From Dehalococcoidia bacterium (GTDB lineage Bacteria; Chloroflexota; Dehalococcoidia; Lucifugimonadales; Australimonadaceae): a stretch of 64,000 bases of DNA. The stretch is from positions 327,263 to 391,262 of the forward strand of contig CBDEVR010000002.1 in NCBI GenBank assembly GCA_965243745.1, read 5' to 3'. Both the position numbers and the translations under genes were made by a program. This document shows positions 39,301-45,885 of this stretch, in pieces. Each line of letters opens with the position of its first letter. Position 1 is the first letter of the stretch. The notes below the pieces were generated by a model. The model searched no databases, had not been told where the DNA came from, and worked only from the letters and a program-made list of their open reading frames with translations.

Positions 39301-41532
39301 TCCACCTACCGCGTCACCGTGGAGGTGCACGACGGCAGGGACGGCTCCGGCGTCACGTCGACCGCCATCGACGACACGCAGGACGTGACGATAACGGTGG
39401 AGAACCTCGATGAGCCGGGGACCGTCACGCTCTCTTCGGAGACCGCTACCATCCAGGCGAGGGTCCCGGTGACGGCCACGCTGGAGGACGACGACGGCGT
39501 CATCGGCTCCGTCAGCTGGCAGTGGGCGCGCTCTCGCAGCAGTACGTCGGGATGGGCCAACATCGCGGGGGCGACGTCTGACACGTTCACGCCGGCGGAC
39601 ACCGACGTCGGCGGCTACATCCGCGCGACCGCCAGCTACAACGACGGTGAAGACTCGGGCAAGACGGCCGTCAGGGTGTCGCCGCGCGTAGGGCAGCCGC
39701 CGCCGGTGAACTCGGCGCCAGCGTTCCCGGCAACGGAGAACGGCAGGCGGGAGATCGCGGAGGACGCCACCGGCGGCACGGCCGTTGGCGACCCCGTGGC
39801 GGCCACGGACTTCAACGACGACCCGCTGACGTACACGTTGAGCGGGACGGACGCGGCGCTCTTCACCGTCGGCTCGAATGATGGGCAGTTACGGGTTGCG
39901 GCCGGCGCGCAACTGGACTTCGAGACCAGGCGCACCCTGCGGGTCACGGTGGAGGTCTCGGACGGCGCGAACTCGCTGGGCGACCCCGATAACGACGCCA
40001 TCGACGACCGGCAGAACGTGATCGTCACGCTGACGGATGTGAACGAAGCGCCCGTCGTCACCGGCGACGAGATGCCCTCCTTCCAAGAGAACTCCAACCG
40101 GGCGGTCGCGACCTACACCGGCACGGACCCGGAGCGCGACGTGCTCACCTGGTCGGTCAGCGACACCACCAACTTCTGGATCTCCGAGCGGGGTCAACTC
40201 TACTTCCGCACGCCCCCCAGCTACGAGGACCGGACCTCCTACCCGGTGACCATCACCGCCACGGACGACGACCCGGACAACCCTCTCTCCGGCTCGCTCT
40301 CCGTGACCGTCACCGTGACCGACGTGGAGGAGCAAGGAGTGGTCGCCGTCACCCCGTCACGAGGCTGGGTGGACGCGAATACGCGGTTCAGCGCCAGCCT
40401 GACCGACGACGACGGCAGCATAAGCAACGAGTCCTGGCAGTGGGCGCGGTCGCGTAGCCGCGGAGGCGGATGGGCAGACATCGATGGAGCAACGTCCAGC
40501 AACTACACGGTGGGCGCGGACGACGCCGACCAGTACCTGCGGGCAAGCGTCTCCTACGAGGACGCCCGCGGCAGCAACAAGACGGCTTCCGCCGTGCTCG
40601 CATCGGCCATCGGTGCTACGAGGTCCGCAACGAACACCGCGCCTGAGTTCACGGAGACGTCACCGATCACCCGCAGCGTCTCTGCGGGCACGGCGGCGGG
40701 CCGGAACGTCGGCTCGGCCGTGCGGGCCACCGATGCCGACCGGGGCGACGTCCTCACTTACGCGCTCAGCGGTTCGGACGCTGGCACCTTCGACATCGAC
40801 CCGGCCACCGGCCAGATCAAGACGAGGGACGTCCTCGAACACGACCCGGACGGAGACAACACCTACGAAGTAACGGTGTCCGTCCACGACGGCTTCGATG
40901 CCTCCTACAACCCATCCACCACCCCGGACGACACCATCGAGGTGACGATAACGGTGACCGCCGCTCCCACGGTGCGGCGGCCGCCAACCACCAGCGGTGG
41001 CGGTGGCGCCAGCGGCGGGAGTGGCGGCGGTGGTGGAGGCGGCGGCACCTTCACACCCGTCGTCACTCCCCCCGTGTTCGGTGAGGGGTTCCGCGCCTCG
41101 CGCTCCGCGCCCGAGAACGCGAAGCCCGGCGACGAGATCGGCGAGCCGGTGTCCGCGCGGGTGGTGCAGGGCGAGACGGTGACCTACTCGCTGAGCGGCG
41201 CGGACGCCGCGCTGTTCACCATCGACGAGCAGACGGGGCAGATCAGCGTCGCCGAGGGAGCGGTCTTCGACTTCGAGGGCGAGAAGAACACGTATGAGAT
41301 CGACGTGGTGGCTCGGAACTCGCGCGGCGGCGTGTCCAGCATACGGGTCGTCATCGAGATCACCAACGTGAGCCTCCAGGGCATCGCCAACGACTACGAC
41401 GCCAACGGCAACGAAAAGATCGATCTCGACGAGGCCATCGCGGCGGTCAACGACTACACCGCGGGCACGCTCACCCACGAGGAGGCGATTGAGATCGTCA
41501 AGATCTACTTCGCCGAGCGGAGCACGTCGTGA
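33301..41532 (+). CDS. Giant secreted cadherin-repeat surface protein (2743 aa) with N-terminal SwmB-type Ig-like domain and C-terminal dockerin/EF-hand-like motif
   Basis: Signal peptide ..LLLHVPQARA-QF. About 17 repeats carry cadherin hallmarks (xTDxDxxDxLTYxL and V[NT]D[VL]NExP). Six interspersed modules of about 90 aa carry a (T/S)WQW motif. A Gly-rich linker precedes the C-terminus DYDANGNEKIDLDEAIAAVNDY. Confidence 0.85.
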   Translation: MHATRPARFFRPLMSMAALAFLAALLLHVPQARAQFDNTAPLLLAANVDGTSLVLIYSELLNESSTPAASDYTVDIGGTDYTPSSVAVLGAEVALTLSTGAASGDTVTLDYTVGTNPVEDPAGNDAQALTSWSVANHTGATNDRPEFSSDTITITVDENTPSLTAFGDPVAATDDDTGDTLTYELHSTVVPTFFIDTSSGQISVFGNLDFETTSSYVAPMYVRDSKTPAGDSDTQWDDSIKVTISVNDLNEEPTITGATAPDVDENTTTVDTYTVSDPDTADTHTWSIDSDTSVEENQDGALFQIGQTSGVLSFINAPDYETPGSATTPASNTYQVTIKVTDNGSPAMSDTFDVVVDVINVNEAPAITSTGSSHTSISKPEGTGPSDPLATYAADDPEDDTLTWTLSGPDAADFTINSSTGALRFQALTDYEDPRDAGTNNVYNVTVEVKDTDGSAVDDSINVVVTVTNIDEAGTVTLPGTITAGQAVTATLTDHDGTPSNVTWQWSRSDTAGGTFTPISGATSNPYTPVAVDVGKYLKATASYTDPHGSGKSATSAASSQVAVGNRDPSFSSMTATRSVPENSSSGTNVGAMVSATDHDNDTLHYWLTGTDASSFDIVSTSGQIQTKSGITYNYESKSSYSVTVNVRDNKDEAGDTDTDTDDDITVTINLSNVDEPGTVTITGTESGGETLTASVTDIDGTVSNLTWQWALGASASGPFAPISGATNNTYTTVAVDVNRFLRATASYTDPQGSGKSASAVTGQISASNNEPEFPTSETGSRSLAENSGGGTNVGAPVAAEDDDSDSLTYSLSGTDASSFDIVATSGQIRTKSGITYNYESKSVYGFSVHVHDNKDAASNSPHTTTDDTINVTITLTDVNEQPAISTPQTSISVEENQTSVLTYMATDVDSENNEAHDSANTLTWSVESADDGSFFEIGSSSGVLTFKNAPNFEDKQDAGNDNVYNVTVTVTDNGIDGARGASNHLSVSRSLAVTVTDVNEAPTLTSGPGAPAFDENATGVVATYVATDPDATTGTMSWDLQGNDAGDFNITSTVNGTAELTFRSPPDYERPDDTGTDNVYDVTVRVRDNGSPRLEDTQIVAVTVNDLNETPVVAGNAGPSFAEIEFDHTATASELVIGTYTATDDDNADNAGLQTITFDVSGTDAAHFSINGSTGVLSFSIEPDFENPADLADSNMMAASDNMYQIVVEADDGAGESNSVGTFTVTVTVTNVNETPEIPAGVPDESFAEIEWDADSANLDVMTYIPRDEEITTLTQLSWSLVGTDAADFQITEDSTTGHGTLSFRERPNFEDPTDRVNTSESHAAGDNMYQVIVKISDGTNTRDYPLTVTVTNVNETPGFTQLSTGRHADEIEYDSGTTANDLSTIPATVANQAYWYRVEARDEEGDDIIWTITGPDAADFVIVEDPDFVMTADADESAIARWAIVPDFEDPMGSSTDVGANGYVFTVNASDGTNTAMHEVFIRIFDVNEQPEFTGTVETAIALDEHDATLDASFQEPPYGFATIASYTARDEEGGVTWSLTGTDALDFEIDSGGNVTFKETPSFEDPKDSGGDNVYNFNVVATDIMSKTNRRTATQPVTVTVRDIEETGVIRVDNLDPVVGDTITFTLSDPDGGIDTDAVDISWTLRAQESGVWQPITIGGGASTTLRYTVDEDDAGKPLRAEVSYFDRRNADRNLFNRKMLTSGETSPVEADPLPNVKPRFRSGTSQAIDEGAAGRVLSERLTATDRDNDNLTFGIQAGQDSALFEIDPSSGQITAVGALNFETAGSEGLLFFTATLHDGKGLDANDMVINDDSIDVTTVVSVRVIDLEEDGVVTLSVQEPDVGELVTATLTDGDGGVTGASWQWAWSDDGRTGWTPISGATNRSYRPTEDDGDRYLRARVEYTDRRGGGKSAEGITNPVPTTNRRPLFPSTENGQRTVDENSRAGTNIGAPVAAEDPERNTLTYTLTGTDAASFTIVTRTGQIRLASGVTLDYETKSTYRVTVEVHDGRDGSGVTSTAIDDTQDVTITVENLDEPGTVTLSSETATIQARVPVTATLEDDDGVIGSVSWQWARSRSSTSGWANIAGATSDTFTPADTDVGGYIRATASYNDGEDSGKTAVRVSPRVGQPPPVNSAPAFPATENGRREIAEDATGGTAVGDPVAATDFNDDPLTYTLSGTDAALFTVGSNDGQLRVAAGAQLDFETRRTLRVTVEVSDGANSLGDPDNDAIDDRQNVIVTLTDVNEAPVVTGDEMPSFQENSNRAVATYTGTDPERDVLTWSVSDTTNFWISERGQLYFRTPPSYEDRTSYPVTITATDDDPDNPLSGSLSVTVTVTDVEEQGVVAVTPSRGWVDANTRFSASLTDDDGSISNESWQWARSRSRGGGWADIDGATSSNYTVGADDADQYLRASVSYEDARGSNKTASAVLASAIGATRSATNTAPEFTETSPITRSVSAGTAAGRNVGSAVRATDADRGDVLTYALSGSDAGTFDIDPATGQIKTRDVLEHDPDGDNTYEVTVSVHDGFDASYNPSTTPDDTIEVTITVTAAPTVRRPPTTSGGGGASGGSGGGGGGGGTFTPVVTPPVFGEGFRASRSAPENAKPGDEIGEPVSARVVQGETVTYSLSGADAALFTIDEQTGQISVAEGAVFDFEGEKNTYEIDVVARNSRGGVSSIRVVIEITNVSLQGIANDYDANGNEKIDLDEAIAAVNDYTAGTLTHEEAIEIVKIYFAERSTS

Positions 41533-42308
41533 ACAGAAGCGTACGACTGGTGTGCCTGCTGCTGCTCATGGTGGGCGTAGTCCTGGTGGTGCTGCTCAGC
41601 CAGTTGGGCAGTGCGGACGCCTCCGGTCACAGCGCCACGCGATCGTTCGCCTCCCCCTCGGTTGCTCCAAGCGGACGTATCGAGGTGACGATAACGGCCC
41701 GTGACTATGGAGCCTTCGCCCAGGTGGTGGAGACGATCCCGGGTGGGTTCACTTACGTGGGTTCCAGCCTTCCCACTGCTGCCGTGAACGCGAGACTGGA
41801 TGCGGTCACGTTCACGCTGGTCGGGGAGGAGCAGTTCACGTACACGGTGGAGGCGCCTGCCGTCGAGGCGACCTTCAGCTTCTCCGGTCTCGTGCGGGAC
41901 CAGCACAAGGTCGAGCACGAGGTCGGAGGCGACGCCAGTCTGCGGGTCGGGCCGCCACCCACACCAGTCCCGACGCCCGACCCGCAGGCCTCGCCAACGG
42001 CTACCCCAACCCCCACGCCGGCCCCGGTCGCCACACCCGCCCCGGCTCCTACCACCACACCGCGCCCCACGGCGACGCCCATGCCGCAGCCGACCGCTAC
42101 CGCAACGCCGCGTCCCACGGCAACACCGGTGCCTGAGCCCACCGCCACGCCTACTCCCAGACCTCCGGCCCCTCCGACGATGACCCCGGTTCCGGTTGCG
42201 CCGACGTCCGAGGGAGAAGGCGGCATTCCGCCGTGGGTATGGGTCCTGCCGCTCATCTTCATCGTGCTGGCCCTCGGCAGCATCGGATACGCGCGCAGAC
42301 AGTCCTAA
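41529..42308 (+). CDS. Membrane-anchored surface protein: signal peptide, beta-sandwich-like domain, Pro/Thr-rich stalk, C-terminal TM with basic tail
   Basis: The GTG start overlaps the giant gene stop (GTGA). The protein has a leader ..LGSADA-SGH, a domain of about 105 aa (ATRSFASPSVAPSGRIEVTITARDYGAFAQVVETIPGGFTYV...), a P/T/A linker of about 90 aa, and the C-terminus GGIPPWVWVLPLIFIVLALGSIGYARRQS. Confidence 0.7.
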   Translation: MNRSVRLVCLLLLMVGVVLVVLLSQLGSADASGHSATRSFASPSVAPSGRIEVTITARDYGAFAQVVETIPGGFTYVGSSLPTAAVNARLDAVTFTLVGEEQFTYTVEAPAVEATFSFSGLVRDQHKVEHEVGGDASLRVGPPPTPVPTPDPQASPTATPTPTPAPVATPAPAPTTTPRPTATPMPQPTATATPRPTATPVPEPTATPTPRPPAPPTMTPVPVAPTSEGEGGIPPWVWVLPLIFIVLALGSIGYARRQS

Positions 42309-42339
42309 AGCCTGCGCGTGTTCCGGACCCAGTGGTTAT

Positions 42340-42415
42340 TGGTGCCCCCAGCGGGATTCGAACCCCGCTCACCAAGGCAGGTGTTTCTTGGGGTTCGTCG
42401 AACCTGACTATCGGC
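42340..42415 (-). pseudogene. tRNA-Glu-derived remnant (intact 3' acceptor and T-arm half only)
   Basis: The 26 nt at 42340-42365 are identical to the 3' end of tRNA-Glu (44646-44671), CCA included. The 5' half cannot form an acceptor stem, D stem or 7-nt anticodon loop. Confidence 0.6.
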
Positions 42416-42653
42416 AACCAGCCATGCTCTCGACCACCTCGAAAGCCTTCTGTGCTCCTGCTGGGCCACCTGCCGGCATCAACAACACGCGCTCCAGGCC
42501 CAAGTCGAAACGCTTCAATCTGAGCCAGTTATAGGGCGATTCGCCCGCAGCCGGTTCGGCCCGGTAGTCTACGCCGTGCGGGTTTGGCGCTATACTTGCC
42601 ATACAGCACTTGTTGACGCCACTTCGCAGTATCCGCAGGCGGAGGAGGGTCTA

Positions 42654-43589
42654 ATGCCTATCGGACTGGGCTTGGCATCGTCGCACGCACCTTCGTTGGT
42701 TGCACCTGCAGAACTATGGCCGGCCATCTATCGAAGGCTGGCAAGTAATGTCCCCCAGCCGCCGCAGGCTTCCGGCGAAACCCCTGAAGTAATCTCCGGC
42801 TACCTGGAGCGGATCGAACGTGCGTTCAGCACGCTGAGGCACGCAATCGAAACATATGGAACAGAGTTGCTCATCATCGTCGGCGGCGACCAGTCCGAGA
42901 TGTTCGACCGTAGCAACGTTCCGAATCTGATGATCTATGCCGGTGAGGTAGCCTGGGGTCACAACAACAACGGGATAGCTGGTGAAAAACCTTCTGAGGA
43001 CGATATCGTTCGATTGAAGATCGACGTCGCAACTGCAGAGTGGCTCTTGGACCGCCTTGTGCGGGAAGAAGGGTTCGACATCACCATCAGTCGTGAGCAG
43101 AGTGCCTTGGGCCGCCCTGAGCGCGGGCTGCCCCATGCCTTCGCCCGCCCCATGCCGCTCTTGATCCCGATGCTCGATATCCCTGTCATCGTCATCTACG
43201 AAAACACCTACGACCCTCCGTCCCTCTCGGCCTCCCGCTGCTACGAGCTTGGCCAGACCCTTGCTCGGGTATTCAGGCATGACCCCAGAAAGATAGCGAT
43301 CTATGGCTCCGGAGGGCTCTCCCATGATCCCGGCGGTCCTCGCTCCGGCTGGGTGGACGAGCCGCTTGACCGTTGGTTCCTTGGTCGGCTCGAGGGTGGA
43401 CATGGACGAGAAACGACGGCACTCTATCGGTTCGATTCGATGACGATGCGCGGTGGAACAGGCGAGATGCGAGCTTGGATCACGGTAGCAGGAGCAATGG
43501 AAGAGATGGAGAGCAGCGGTGCGGCTGTGGTGGACTACATCCCTGCGAACCACGCCGTAACGGGGCTGGGCTGGGCATACTGGTCTTGA
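42654..43589 (+). CDS. LigB-like (class III extradiol dioxygenase superfamily) protein, close paralog of 23228..24193
   Basis: MPIGLGLASSHAPS..., GGDQSEMFDRSNVPNLMIY, GSGGLSHDPGGPRSGW, GGTGEMRAW. The ATG at 42654 matches the paralog start; the track ORF begins earlier. Confidence 0.75.
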   Translation: MPIGLGLASSHAPSLVAPAELWPAIYRRLASNVPQPPQASGETPEVISGYLERIERAFSTLRHAIETYGTELLIIVGGDQSEMFDRSNVPNLMIYAGEVAWGHNNNGIAGEKPSEDDIVRLKIDVATAEWLLDRLVREEGFDITISREQSALGRPERGLPHAFARPMPLLIPMLDIPVIVIYENTYDPPSLSASRCYELGQTLARVFRHDPRKIAIYGSGGLSHDPGGPRSGWVDEPLDRWFLGRLEGGHGRETTALYRFDSMTMRGGTGEMRAWITVAGAMEEMESSGAAVVDYIPANHAVTGLGWAYWS

Positions 43590-43688
43590 ATCCCCGGCAC
43601 CCACGACGATACGCCAGAGAACTCTCGGACCTCGCTAATCGGAGTCACTGACCTACCACCTCACACCCTACAGGAGAAGACACCACAG

Positions 43689-44624
43689 ATGCTGGGACTT
43701 GGTCTTGCCGCCTCCTATGCCCCCGCCATGTATCGAGACCCCAATGAGTGGAAGGCGATCCACGATTGGCTGGTCGGAGACGCTCCTCAGCCGCTGGAAC
43801 TTGCTGACGAAACCGATGGCGTTATCAGACAGCATACTGAGCGAGTAAAGGCCAACCTCGGCAGATTCCGCGCCGAGCTGGAAGAGTACAACCCGTCTGC
43901 CCTTGTCGTGCTGGTCAGTGACACGGGTCGAATGTTCAGCCGTTTGCAGGTCCCGCAGTTCTGTACATTCCTCGGAGAAAGCCTCTGGGGCAGCACTCGT
44001 CTGGAGGGGCTGGGCGAGGGGGCGGACGATGACATAGTCGAGCTTTCATGCGACACCGGCTTGGCTGCCTTCGTGCACGAGGAGCTCGTGGCCAACGGGT
44101 TCGACATGAGCTACAGCAAAGAGTTCAACCCCCAAGGCCAGCCGGCGTACGGTATGCCGGTGTCACTGGTTGCGCTCGTGCGCGCACTGAATCCCAGCCT
44201 CGACCTCCCAGTCGTCCCAATCTTGATGAACTGCCATGTCACACCGTCGCCGTCCGGAAGACGATGCCGGGAGCTCGGGGAAGCTCTTGGCGCGATCCTT
44301 GATGAGCCTGAGCAGCGCATCGCATTGGCTGCTTCAGGAGGCCTGTCCCACGACCACCACGGTCCCCGGGCTGGCTGGATCGACTTCCCATTTGACCGAT
44401 GGATGCTGAAACAGGTTTCACGTGGGAGAGGCACGAACCTCAACCCCGTTTGGGACTTGGAGTCGGACAGCATTCAAGGAGGTACTGCCGAGGTCCGCCT
44501 TTGGTCAGTTGTGGCGGGTGCATGCGAGGCCTTAGGCGGCAAGGCAGTAGTGGACGACTATTTCCCGGCGTTCACAGCTGCGACGGGTCTGGGGTTCGTA
44601 CACTACCCACTCCATCGCGCATAG
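43689..44624 (+). CDS. Divergent LigB-like protein lacking the N-terminal metal-binding His (possible non-catalytic partner subunit)
   Basis: GLAASYAPAM (His12 position is Tyr), VSDTGRMF (His61 position is Thr), ASGGLSHDHHGPRAGW, GGTAEVRLW. Confidence 0.65.
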   Translation: MLGLGLAASYAPAMYRDPNEWKAIHDWLVGDAPQPLELADETDGVIRQHTERVKANLGRFRAELEEYNPSALVVLVSDTGRMFSRLQVPQFCTFLGESLWGSTRLEGLGEGADDDIVELSCDTGLAAFVHEELVANGFDMSYSKEFNPQGQPAYGMPVSLVALVRALNPSLDLPVVPILMNCHVTPSPSGRRCRELGEALGAILDEPEQRIALAASGGLSHDHHGPRAGWIDFPFDRWMLKQVSRGRGTNLNPVWDLESDSIQGGTAEVRLWSVVAGACEALGGKAVVDDYFPAFTAATGLGFVHYPLHRA

Positions 44625-44645
44625 ACCGACATCAGCAGCGGTTCT

Positions 44646-44722
44646 TGGTGCCCCCAGCGGGATTCGAACCCGCGATCTCCACCTTGAAAGGGTGGCGTCC
44701 TAGGCCGCTAGACTATAGGGGC
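44646..44722 (-). tRNA. tRNA-Glu (anticodon TTC), CCA encoded
   Basis: Full cloverleaf: acceptor GCCCCTA/TGGGGGC, D stem GTCT/GGAC, anticodon arm CCACC-CTTTCAA-GGTGG, T arm GCGGG-TTCGAAT-CCCGC. Confidence 0.9.
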
Positions 44723-44740
44723 ACGCGTGCGGCGGCGCGC

Positions 44741-45775
44741 CTACGGGTAGATGGCCAGCTGTTCCAGCCCCGTCGCCTCCGGCAGCCCGAACATGAGGTT
44801 CATGTTCTGCACCGCCTGTCCAGCCGCGCCCTTGACGAGGTTGTCCAGCGCGGAGAATACGACGAGTTTGCCCGTGTGCCGGTCCACCGTAGGATAAACC
44901 AAGCAGTCGTTATTGCCCCAGGTCTGCTTGGTCTGGGGCGACTTGTCGGTCACTTTCACGAACGGCTCATCGCGGTAGTACTCGCGGTAGAGCTCGGTCA
45001 CCGAGGCCGACGCCTCCTCCACCGAGCCGAACGCCCCGTCCACGAAGTCGGCATAGATCGTGTCGAGGATGCCGCGCGTCATGGGGATGAGGTGCGGCTG
45101 GAAGAGCACGCGTGGCGTGTAGCCGTCCTTGATCCGGCGCAACTCCTGCGTGATCTCCGGCAGGTGACGATGCCCGCCAACGGAGTAGGCGAACACGTTC
45201 TCGTTCACCTCGGAGAAGTGCGTCGTCATGCTCAGACCGCGACCAGCGCCCGAGACGCCGGACTTGCAGTCGACCACAATCTGCTCGCCGATGAGGCCCT
45301 TCTCGACGACGGGCGCGAGCGCCAGCAGCGCGGCGGTGGGGTAGCAGCCGGGGTTCGCCACCAGCTGCGCCGAGGCGATGCCGTCCCTGTCCAGCTCCGT
45401 GAGACCGTAGACGGACGTCTCCAGCAGGTCGGGCGCGGGGTGCTCCGCCCCGTACCAGAGCGCGTATTCGTCCGGGTCGTGCAGGCGGAAGTCGGCGGAG
45501 ATGTCGACGACCTTCACTCCGTCCCGCGCGAACGGGACGCACGCCTCGGCGGAGGCGACCTGCGGCAGCGCTGAGAAGACGACGTCCACGCTGCGGGTGA
45601 TCTCCGGCTCGATGGTGATGTCCATCCGCGAGAGGTGTGGCAGCGCGTCGCCCAACTCCTCGCCGGCCTGGCTGCGCCCAGTGACGCTGACGACGTCAGC
45701 CTCGGGATGGCGGTACAGGATGCGCGCGAGCTCGATACCCGCGTACCCCGTCACGTTGATGATGCCTATCTTCAT
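44741..45775 (-). CDS. argC: N-acetyl-gamma-glutamyl-phosphate reductase
   Basis: MKIGIINVTGYAGIELARIL... and the active-site region NPGCYPTAALLALAP. Confidence 0.9.
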   Translation of the reverse strand: MKIGIINVTGYAGIELARILYRHPEADVVSVTGRSQAGEELGDALPHLSRMDITIEPEITRSVDVVFSALPQVASAEACVPFARDGVKVVDISADFRLHDPDEYALWYGAEHPAPDLLETSVYGLTELDRDGIASAQLVANPGCYPTAALLALAPVVEKGLIGEQIVVDCKSGVSGAGRGLSMTTHFSEVNENVFAYSVGGHRHLPEITQELRRIKDGYTPRVLFQPHLIPMTRGILDTIYADFVDGAFGSVEEASASVTELYREYYRDEPFVKVTDKSPQTKQTWGNNDCLVYPTVDRHTGKLVVFSALDNLVKGAAGQAVQNMNLMFGLPEATGLEQLAIYP

Positions 45776-45885
45776 GCACCTTCACCTCGCGTGGTCGGCA
45801 GGCCACGCCTGTTCCCTATTGTAGACCAGACCTGTCATTCCGAGCGGAGTGCAGTGGAGTCGAGGAATCTCTCAGGAGAGGGGGT

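Noticed and set aside
41950-42210. Repetitive DNA in the anchor gene (ACGCC/CCGAC-rich) and the Gly-codon run at 40985-41050, considered as possible CRISPR or tandem-repeat loci.
   Set aside because: They are in-frame, low-complexity coding linkers (Pro/Thr/Ala stalk and a poly-Gly/Ser hinge) without regular repeat-spacer periodicity.
42340-42450. Possible tmRNA (ssrA) or tRNA-Sec (selC) on the minus strand, suggested by a tRNA-like 3' end followed by a long non-coding stretch and by the selenoprotein candidate at 181-1359.
   Set aside because: The 3' acceptor strand is ..TGGGGGC-A-CCA, so the third base pair would be C:G, not the G:U expected for tmRNA. No complementary 5' acceptor strand (GCCCCCA or wobble variants) exists within 76-100 nt. 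There is no UCA anticodon loop, long variable arm or 8-bp acceptor. The T-loop would have 8 nt. It is best explained as a remnant of tRNA-Glu.
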